A stretch of DNA of 64,000 nt from the NCBI GenBank assembly GCA_017411805.1, contig JAFQPI010000005.1:1538-65537 (forward strand), read 5' to 3'. The notes beneath the pieces are model-generated. The model was given only the letters and a program-made list of their open reading frames with translations, searched no databases and was not told the origin of the DNA. This stretch comes from Clostridia bacterium (lineage in GTDB: Bacteria > Bacillota > Clostridia > Oscillospirales > CAG-272). Shown piece by piece: positions 15,783-24,700 of this stretch. Position 1 is the first letter of the stretch. Every line of letters begins with the position of its first letter. The position numbers and the translations under genes were made by a program.

Positions 15783-16116
15783 TTGAAGCGGAAAAGTTTT
15801 CGTCCACCTTTTTCAAAAGGTGGCAGAGCTCGAGACAGAGTCTCGTCTTAATGCAAAAGCTTCAGCTTTTGCTACTGTGCTTCAAAATTCTGAAGCTCCG
15901 CTTCTGAATTTTGGATAGAGTCAATCCTTCCCGAATGTAGGGAAGGATTGCGCTCTATCACCCCCCACCCTGCACCCGTCTCGCTGCGGCTCGGTCACGC
16001 CGCGGGTCTGACGGTCCCCCGGACCGTCATTCAATACCGCGTCGCCGCTTCGCTACCCGTAAACCGGGGAGATTGCGCGCGGGTCACTTTCCGCCGCGTG
16101 CTTGATTATCGGATTC

Positions 16117-16146
16117 TAAAAACCCCGCCCAAACCGGCGGGGTTAA
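16117..16146 (-). terminator. intrinsic terminator of the sigma/anti-sigma pair 2
   Basis: AACCCCGCC ... GGCGGGGTT hairpin (16122-16145). The preceding A-run gives a T-run on the minus strand. Confidence 0.7.
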
Positions 16147-16150
16147 TTGA

Positions 16151-17242
16151 TTATTCCGGCGCAACCTCGTTTGCGGGCGCACTTGTTGTGGCTTCGACAA
16201 GACCGTCTGTGACGGTGCTGTCGGGGTTGATAACCGTGACGAGCTCGGTATTGGCCTTGAATATCTCACAAAGCTCGCTCGTTGCCTCGCCGCCGACATT
16301 GAAGAATATGATCCCATCGCAGATCGGACCGCCGATCGCGATATATCCGTTGTCGAAAACATAAAGGAAATTCATCATCTTGCCCGCCGACGCCATTGAG
16401 AAGGTCACGCGGCGTATCTCGCCGCATCTGTTCATTCTGCCGTCAACGGCATCGTAGGGGTGAACGACCTCCGCCTCTCCGTTGAGGGTAAGCAGGAATT
16501 TTACGATATCCGATCCACCTTCGGTGACGCGGTATTTATCAATTTTCTTGCTGTTAAAGCGCGGATATTCGGTAACGAGCGCGTCCTTTCCGATATCCAT
16601 ATGCAGAGCGGCATTGAAATCCGAGAAGAAGTTTTGCAAGGTTGAAAACTTATATTCGGTGTTCAGCGCGGCGTAGTAATGCTCGGTGGTCTTTGCCGTA
16701 CCCTTTTCGAGATACTTCACCGCGACTGCCGCGTCGGTTGAAACGCCTCGGATCTCGTAAACCTCGGCTCCCACGGTCACAACGTCGCGCTCGGTGTCGT
16801 TATAATGCACATACCACCCCGTTCTGACCTTGATCTCATCGAGCTTTTCGCCAATAAACTCGCCGCTTTTGTCGAGCGGTAATGCGTTTCCGAGATCATA
16901 CTTTGCATATTTTTTGGTTTCGATCTCGGCGAAGGAAGATTCTACAAGAACAGCCATTCCCCCTTCAGTCACTCCGCTGCCCGTGTTCGGATTGAACAGA
17001 TCAAAAACGTTGCTCCAGACAATAGCGTCTCCGACTATATTTTCATCGGTATCATCGGGTTCGTTTCCGTCACCGATCAGCATCGGTAAGCCTATGACGA
17101 GTCCCGTGATCATCAAGGCAAACGCCGCCGCGATCGCCGCGATCTTAAGTATCGGTCTTCTTTTTACGGTCACTACCCTGTCGGCGCGCTCGATCAGATC
17201 CGCGTCGATATTTCCCATTGCATCAAAAAAAACATTTTTCAT
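16151..17242 (-). CDS. membrane-anchored anti-sigma-like protein (partner of sigma 17239..17790)
   Basis: 363 aa from MKNVFFDAMGNIDADLIERA. ATGA overlap with the sigma stop. TM helix ILKIAAIAAAFALMITGLVIGL. The track start at 17392 would run through the sigma gene. Confidence 0.5.
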   Translation of the reverse strand: MKNVFFDAMGNIDADLIERADRVVTVKRRPILKIAAIAAAFALMITGLVIGLPMLIGDGNEPDDTDENIVGDAIVWSNVFDLFNPNTGSGVTEGGMAVLVESSFAEIETKKYAKYDLGNALPLDKSGEFIGEKLDEIKVRTGWYVHYNDTERDVVTVGAEVYEIRGVSTDAAVAVKYLEKGTAKTTEHYYAALNTEYKFSTLQNFFSDFNAALHMDIGKDALVTEYPRFNSKKIDKYRVTEGGSDIVKFLLTLNGEAEVVHPYDAVDGRMNRCGEIRRVTFSMASAGKMMNFLYVFDNGYIAIGGPICDGIIFFNVGGEATSELCEIFKANTELVTVINPDSTVTDGLVEATTSAPANEVAPE

Positions 17243-17790
17243 AGTGTGTAGCCTCCTTTTCTGAGTGCTTCTTTTAGCTTTTTTCTGGTTCTTGAAAGAA
17301 TGACGAGGACGTTTGCCTCCCTCAAGCCAAATCTGCGCGCGATCTCGGCTGTGCTGTCGCAGTAGAAATAGCGGCGCACGAAGATATCGCATTCGCGCTC
17401 GGGGAGCAAACGAAGGAAATCATTCAAAAGCCTTGAGAGTTCGCCCTTTTCGAACTCGTCGGATGTATCTGCAAGAAACTCCTCGGCTTCCTCGAGACAG
17501 AGTGAAACCTCGCAACCGCCTCTCTTTTCGGCGGTCATTTTTCTGTATCTGTCAAGCGAGAGGTTGCGAGTAACCGTCCCAAGATACACTTTCAGCAACT
17601 TCGGCTCCTCGGGTGGGATAGTGTTCCACGCGCGCAGGAGCGTGTCGTTAAAAACTTCATCCGCATCCTCGTCGCTATCGAGGATGTTTTTTGCTATCGC
17701 CCTGCAATATTTTCCGTACGCCGCCTCGCTCTCGCGCAAAGCACGCTCGTCGCGGGCGAAAAACAGCTCGATTATTCTTTCGTCGTCCAT
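17239..17790 (-). CDS. ECF-type sigma-70 family RNA polymerase sigma factor
   Basis: 183 aa. MDDERIIELFFARDERAL... Paralog of 6351..6893, with regions 2 and 4 recognisable. AAAGGAG RBS. Confidence 0.8.
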   Translation of the reverse strand: MDDERIIELFFARDERALRESEAAYGKYCRAIAKNILDSDEDADEVFNDTLLRAWNTIPPEEPKLLKVYLGTVTRNLSLDRYRKMTAEKRGGCEVSLCLEEAEEFLADTSDEFEKGELSRLLNDFLRLLPERECDIFVRRYFYCDSTAEIARRFGLREANVLVILSRTRKKLKEALRKGGYTL

Positions 17791-17868
17791 GTCATTCTCC
17801 TTTATCTTCCTGATGGCGCCTCACACTATAAGACGTATTTTTATTCGTTTTCTAACATATAATTCGAA

Positions 17869-17927
17869 AATTTCCGCTGCGCGGAAATTCTCCTTAACTT
17901 TCCACTTTACACTTTACACTTTACACT
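17869..17927 (-). repeat. heptad-array/hairpin element B
   Basis: Minus strand reads AGTGTAA AGTGTAA AGTGTAA AGTGGAA AGTTAAG GAG, then the hairpin AATTTCCGC-GCA-GCGGAAATT. CACT lies on the plus strand at 17903, 17910, 17917 and 17924. Confidence 0.8.
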
Positions 17928-17960
17928 TAAAAAGACCCATCGTCGACGATGGGTCTTTTT
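17928..17960 (-). terminator. intrinsic terminator after 17963..18403
   Basis: AGACCCATCGTCGACGATGGGTCT palindrome flanked by A- and T-runs. Confidence 0.8.
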
Positions 17961-17962
17961 AA

Positions 17963-18403
17963 TTATGCAGCTTTCTCAAGCTCGATCGTCATTTCCTTGG
18001 AACCGTTGGAGAAATAATATTCCTCTGCGGTATCAACGACATATCCCTCAACTGCTGCCGCGATGAGAACGTGGAAATCGCTCGTATCGAAATCAAAGGT
18101 AACGGTTCCGTCCGCGCCGGTTCCCTTGGGCATTCTGCATCCCTTGGAATCGCACATCTGGATCTGTACGCCTGCGATCGGGTTGCCGTCCTTGTCGGTC
18201 ACGGTAACCTTGTATCCGGTAGCCGCGGGCTCGGTAGCCTCGTCGGTACCGTCAGCTTTGGTTGCGTCCTCGGTGGTCTCACCGCTCGAGGTAGGTGCTT
18301 CGGTATTGTTATCGGGTTCTGTTGTAACTTCTCCGCTCTCGTTGCAGGCAACAAAGGACATGCAAAGGCAGAGCGCGAGAAGGATCATGATCAGCTTCTT
18401 CAT
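17963..18403 (-). CDS. small lipoprotein with Ig/carboxypeptidase-regulatory-like domain
   Basis: 146 aa with lipobox FVAC and a Thr/Glu-rich linker. YKVTVTDKDGNPIAGVQIQM...GADGTVTF resembles prealbumin-like fold repeats. Confidence 0.5.
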   Translation of the reverse strand: MKKLIMILLALCLCMSFVACNESGEVTTEPDNNTEAPTSSGETTEDATKADGTDEATEPAATGYKVTVTDKDGNPIAGVQIQMCDSKGCRMPKGTGADGTVTFDFDTSDFHVLIAAAVEGYVVDTAEEYYFSNGSKEMTIELEKAA

Positions 18404-18571
18404 CTGTTTTCTCCTTGTTTTTCATTTTTACCGCCCTATTATATCATGCAAGCACTTCAATATCAATGAATTTTTTGTAAAATTACATGCATTATTTTTT
18501 GCCCAAAATCGGAGTTTGTGAATGACTTTACGCCGATATGGAAACAAATTATTATATATTATAGGTAGGAC

Positions 18572-18600
18572 TTGTTTTTTCGCCGTAAATATGGTATAAT
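18572..18600 (+). promoter_or_regulatory. sigma-A promoter of the protease / peptide-transport block
   Basis: TTGTTT (18572-18577), 17-nt spacing to TATAAT, TGgTATAAT (18592-18600). Followed by a ~105-nt AT-rich leader. Confidence 0.5.
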
Positions 18601-18709
18601 TGTTCAGTCGCGCTAAATTTATATATTATATATCTCTTTAATTAAATTGTCTTTATTTAATATATTATATATTTTTATCGTTAAACAATTCGCGAAAGGC
18701 AAAGGAAAA

Positions 18710-21700
18710 ATGAAGAAACAGAAAAAAACCAAGATCCTGTCAGCTATGCTTGCAATGCTGTTGCTGACAACAATGATCGTCGGAGTCTGCGTTAATTCCG
18801 CCGGCGACGCCGCCGCGGAAGCTTACATCGGCCTCTTCGACGGAAAGGTCTTCAACGACATATCGAAATACTTCTCGAATGCCGTTGTGGCACTTCCCGA
18901 CAAGGTCAAGGACGACCAGATCATCTCACTCATCATTGAATGCGACGCAGAAAGTCTGCTTGACGCATACGAGGCGTCCGACAAAACGATGAGTATCTCC
19001 GAGTTTGCGCTCTCCGATGAAGCCGCAGCTCTCCGCGAGAACATCTCGAAGGAGAACGCAAAGCTTATCGAAAAGCTCAACCGCGCCGGCTACACCTATG
19101 AGCTCGGAGTTAATTACGACACAGTCATCGCCGGATTTGAGCTTCTCATCACCGCGCGTGATTTTGAGGACGTATGCAAAACTCTCGGAAGAAAGACCAA
19201 CGTCATCGTAGGCGACGTCTACGAAAAAACCGAGACTCAGCTGGTCGAGAACACCGTAAACGTTCAGGACACCGGTATCTTCAACAGCATCGGTTGCGGA
19301 TACGACGGCTCGGGTACAGTTGTTGCGGTCCTCGATACCGGTCTTGACTATTATCACACCGCCTTCTCGACCGACAATTTCACGTCGAATACGCTCGGTA
19401 TGACCTTTGACGACGTCAAGGGCTTCATCGGAGATACCGTGGCATCCGACAAGCAGTCGGGTCTGACCGCCTCCGATGTTTACATAAGCGAGAAGGTACC
19501 CTACGGATTTGACTACGCTGACGGCGATGCCGACGTATTCCCCATCCAGAGCGACCACGGCACGCACGTTGCCGGCGTTATCGCGGGTAAGGACGACGTT
19601 ATCACGGGTGTTGCGCCCAACGCGCAGCTCGCCATCATGAAGATCTTCTCGGATATCGTTGATACCGCGCGTACCTCCTGGATACTTGCGGCACTTGAGG
19701 ACTGCGTAGTTCTCGAGGTTGACGTTATCAACATGTCGATCGGTACCTCCGCGGGCTTCTCGCGTGAGAATGACAAAGAGCAGATCACCGGCGTTTACGA
19801 CCGTATCCGCGCTCTCGGAATCAGCATGGTAGTTGCGGCTTCCAACAGCTTCACCTCAACCTACGGCTCCGAGAAAAACGGTAACCTCGGTCTGACCTCC
19901 AACCCCGATAACGGTACCGTCGGATCTCCCTCTACGTATAAGGGCGCGCTCTCGGTTGCATCCATCAACGGCGCAAAGACCCCCTATATGCTCTACGGCG
20001 ACACCATTATCTACTATATTGAAGCTACCGACCGCGTTTCCGAGGAAAAAGAATTCGTTGCCGACCTATTGCCGGACGGAACGAATGAGGCGGAATACGA
20101 ATTCGTCACCATTCCCGGTGCGGGACGCTCCGCCGACTATACAGGCATCGACGTCAAGGGCAAGATAGTCCTTGTCAGCCGCGGATCGACCACCTTCGAG
20201 GAAAAGGCGATCGTAGCCGAGCAAAAGGGCGCGGCAGGTATCATCATCTACAACAACGTAGCCGGTGATATCAAGATGACCGTCGGCGACGCGAAGCTCG
20301 CGGTATGCTCGATAAGCCAGGACGAGGGCGAAATGCTCGCAGCCGCAGGCACGGGAACTATCAAGATCTCCAAGAGCCAGACCTCGGGTCCCTTCATGTC
20401 CGACTTCTCCTCCTGGGGTCCCTCCCCCGACCTCGAGATCAAGCCCGAGATCACCGCGCACGGCGGAATGATCCTCTCCTCGGTACCCGGTCAGGACTAT
20501 GACCGAATCTCGGGTACCTCGATGGCATGCCCCAACGTATCGGGTCTCGTTGCCATCCTCCGTCAGTACGTCCGCGAGAACTTCCCCGCGATATCTGATA
20601 ACAACATCGAGATCGCAGCTACGGTCAACCGCCTCCTGATGTCCACCGCCGATATCGTAAAGAACAAGAACGGTCTGCCCTACGCTGTCAGAAAGCAGGG
20701 CGCGGGTCTTGCAAATCTTACCAACGCTATCGCAACGGATGCCTACATTCTTACATATGACCGCCGCGACGGCTCCATCATGGACAAGTCCAAGATCGAG
20801 CTCGGCGACGACCCCGCAAAGAACGGCGTATACACTCTCAAATTCTCTGTTTATAATTTCGGTTCTTCTTCTCTTTCCTATGATATATCTGCATGTGTAA
20901 TGACCGAGGGTATCAGCGATACCAAGACGAATGACGGTGAATACACCGTAAACGAGCAGGGATACCTCCTCGAAAACGGCACGACCGTCGAGATCACAAA
21001 CGTATCGAACGGCACTCTCTCGGGCACCAATCTCACGGTTGCCGCAGGCGCGACAGCCGACGTTACGGTAACCGTCACCATCTCGGATGCCGATAAGGAA
21101 TATCTGAACAGATTTGAAAACGGCATGTACGTTGAGGGCTTTGTTAAGCTGACCGCTACCTCGGGTACAGAGGTTAGCCTCTCCGCTCCCTTCCTTGCCT
21201 TCTACGGCGACTGGACGGTAGCTCCCCTCTTCGACATCGACTACTTTGAAACCAACGCAGACGAGATCGACGATTCCATCGACCTCGCCGACAAGACTCT
21301 TCCCGATGCGTACGCGACCCGCCCCGTCGGCTCGCTCTACGACGACTACGTATCCTTCCTCGGCGGATACTACTTCGAGCAGGATCCCTCCTCGAAGCTC
21401 ATTGCCGCAGACCGTAAATATATCTCTATCTCGAACGTCGAAGGCACCGTCCACTCGCTTGAATACGTCTGGGGCGGACTTCTCAGAAGTGCCGAGCGCA
21501 TCGAGATCACCATCACGAACGACGCTACGGGCGAGGTTGTCTTCTCGAAGACCGAATACGACGTCCGTAAGTCCTACGGCGACGGCGGATCGATCTACCC
21601 CGCAAATATCAAGGTAGGCTTCGACGCCATCGACGAGGAGCTTGAAAACAACTCGAAGTTCACCTGCCTAATCAAGGGCTACCTTGATTACGGAGACGGC

Positions 21701-24700
21701 GGCGAGGCAAAGAACCTCAACAACACCTTCGAATTCCCCATCTACGTCGATTTCCAGGCTCCCGCCGTAACCGACGTTGAGTTCTACACCGAGTACGACC
21801 GCTCGGAGGAAAAGACCCGCCTCTTCGCAAAGGTTGCCGTCTACGACAACCACTATTCGATGGGCGCACAGTTCGGATACGTTGCAAACGAAGGTGAAAA
21901 CGGCTTCGTATTCCACGCATTCGACAAGTACATCACCTCGATCTACTCGGATTACAACTCCACCTCCTACGTTGTATACGAGCTGACCGATTACGTTCAG
22001 CGCATCAAGGAAAACGCAAGTAACAGAAATACCTTCACTGTCGTAACCTACGACTATGCGCTCAACACCGCAACCTACGAGATCTCGCTTCCCGACGAGT
22101 ACGTTGACATGTACTTTGAGGAGGAGAGCATTAAGCTCAGCCCCAACGAGACCTACGAGCTCAAGCCCATCCTCTACCCCGGAAGCGAATGGAGCGAGCT
22201 GCTTGAGTACTACTCGACCAACATGAACGTTGCAAGAGTTGTGGGCAACAGAATAATTGCTATCGAGCCCGGCGTTACCAGAATCGTAGCGCGCGACCCG
22301 GTAACCAAGAAGACGGCGCATCTCTCACTGACCGTCCTCGGCGAGGGCGAGGAGGGCTATCAGAAATTCGATAAGCCCGTTACGGACAATTTCGTCCTCA
22401 CCGGTTTCTATACCAACAAGGCATATTACCAGCTTGATGCCACCGAGCGCGATATCGGAAGCACGGGCGACGAGATGAAGTTCGTCGGCGAGAATTATTT
22501 CCTCTCGCTCTTCCCCTCCGAATCGGTAACGCTCCGCTATATCTTCGACGCTTACTTCCCCGATGAATATACGGTTCAGTTCGAATCGAGCAACGAAAAC
22601 ATCGTAACCGTTGATGAGCACGGACAGATCACGGCAGCCAACGAGGGCTTTGCCTCGATCTCTGTCAACGTAATGCGCATCGAAAAGGTAACGGGCGAGA
22701 ACGGCAAGACCGAAAACGTCTACCATTCCACCTATTACTCCAAGTCGATCTCGGTTGAGGTCAAGGAGCCCTGGATCACCTCGGGTCCCTCGCTCTCGCA
22801 CTACTTCGGACTTGGCGGCACGGTAACCTTCCCCTCCACCCTCGCGGTAACCGAGATCGGTCAGTTCGCATTCTCGAACTTCGACTACATCCCCAAGACA
22901 GAGGACGACGAGATCTCCGAGGAGGTCCCCGAGACCACCAAGATGTGGTACCTCGGCGACGACACCATCACCAAGGTCGTAGTTCCCGAGGGCGTTGAAA
23001 AGATCGGTCGCTTCGCGTTCGCAAATCTGACCGCGCTCCAGGAGGTCGTTCTTCCCTCCACTCTCAAGATCATTGACTACGGAGCATTCTACGGATGTAC
23101 CTCGCTTGTAACCGTTTCCGGCATCGAGCACGTCAAGTTCATCAACGAGGCAGCATTCTTCGGATGCAACCTTTCGGGCGCACTTGAGCTTACCGAGGCA
23201 GTTGCTCTCGGCGAATACGCCTTTGCAAACAACAAGAACCTCAAGAACCTCACCCTCTCCGAAAAGACCAAGTCTGTTGCCTCCTACGCCTTCAGCGGAT
23301 GCGAAACTCTCAAGAAGGTCAACATCGAGGCTGACAAGATCAAGCTCGGTCTGAGCGTATTCTCGGGATGCAAGGCTCTTACCGAGATCTCCGTCAACGC
23401 CGCGGTTATCCCCGCGGGAAGCTTCTCTGACTGTACCAAGCTCAAGAAGGTGACCATCGGCGCGGACGTTGCCGTAATCGGCGAATACGCATTCAAGAAC
23501 ACCTCGGTCGAATCCTTCACGGTCGCTGAAGGCAACGCGACCTTCAAGCCCCAGAACGGCAAGCCCTACCTCCTCTCTGAGGACGGCAAGACCATCCTCC
23601 TCTGCGCTCCCACGGCAGAGACGCTTGAGCTCCCCGCATCGGTTACAACGGTCGGCGACGGTGCTTTTTCGGGCAACCCGAACCTTATCTCCGTCAAGAT
23701 GCCCGGCGTTACCAAGCTCGGCAACTACGCTTTCGCTGATTGCGAAGCTCTCGCAAGCGTTGAGTTCGGCAAGCTGACACACATCGGCGACTACGCCTTC
23801 TCGAACACCGTACTCACCGCAACTCCCGCGCTCGGCTCGGTAAGCTACATCGGCGCGAATGCATTCAGAAATACCCTCATCACATCGGTTGAGATCGCAA
23901 ACTCCACCGAGATCGGTAATAACGCCTTCCGCGGCTGTGAAAAGCTTGAAAGCGTCAAGATCGGCAACAACGTAACGATCGGCAGCTACGCATTTGCCCT
24001 TGATATGACCGACAACTGGACCTACGGCTACTACAGACTCCCGGACAACAACCGCGTTTATTACTACATTTATACCTCGCCCCTCCATTCGCTCACGATC
24101 GGCGAGAACGTCAAGATCGGCAGAGGCGCATTCCACGGCGCATCCGAGCTTACCTCGGTCACCCTCGGAAAGAACGCGGAGATCGGAGACCACGCATTCT
24201 ACAATGCCTCCATGCTCAAGGATATCGATCTCTCGAAGGTCGTCTCCATCGGTGAGCTTGCCTTCTCGGGCGACGAGACCTATGAATACGTGGACAGCAG
24301 CTTCTCCCTCATCGCTACCGATGAGAACGGCCTCTACCGCCGCCATTACCACACTCCCCTGCTTGAGAGCATCGATCTCTCCTCCGCGGAAAAGATCGGC
24401 ATGGGCGCATTCTCCTACGTCACAACTCTCAGATCGGTAAAGCTCGGCTCCAAGCTTACGGAGATCGCGGATGCCGCATTCTATAAGGCAACCGCGCTTA
24501 CCGACATCAGCTTTGCGGGAATCGAAAAGATCGGTGAGAGCGCATTCGGCGAGACAGCTCTCAAGTCGCTTGACCTCTCGAAGGTCAAGGAGATCGGCGA
24601 AAGCGCGTTCGCATACGTCGAGGCCCTCGAGTCTGTGATCTTTGCGGACGGCGTTAAGATCGGCAAGGGCGCGTTCGGCTACACGACAAAGCTTACAAAG

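Noticed and set aside
15948-16364. A 138-aa ORF covers the GC-rich island and runs into the convergent gene.
   Set aside because: It overlaps the 3' end of the well-supported anti-sigma-like gene on the other strand. It has no RBS and a Pro/Arg/Ala-rich translation with no motif.
16151-17392. The longest-ORF starts given by the track for several genes (16151..17392, 59649..60809, 31780..33105, 25812..27266, 11681..12886, 18647..25924, 60356..62194) were considered.
   Set aside because: The N-terminal extensions overlap the upstream gene or lack an RBS. Internal ATGs preceded by GGAGG-like sites give canonical N-termini (signal peptides, MNIQGFNKLTLLDYPG for NrdG, MIKISHLVKNYG for the ABC ATPase), so the shorter coordinates were used.
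17889-17897. The AAGGAG/AAGGTA junctions of the heptad elements were considered as Shine-Dalgarno sites for hidden micro-ORFs.
   Set aside because: No ATG, GTG or TTG lies at a suitable 5-10-nt distance in a conserved frame across the five elements.
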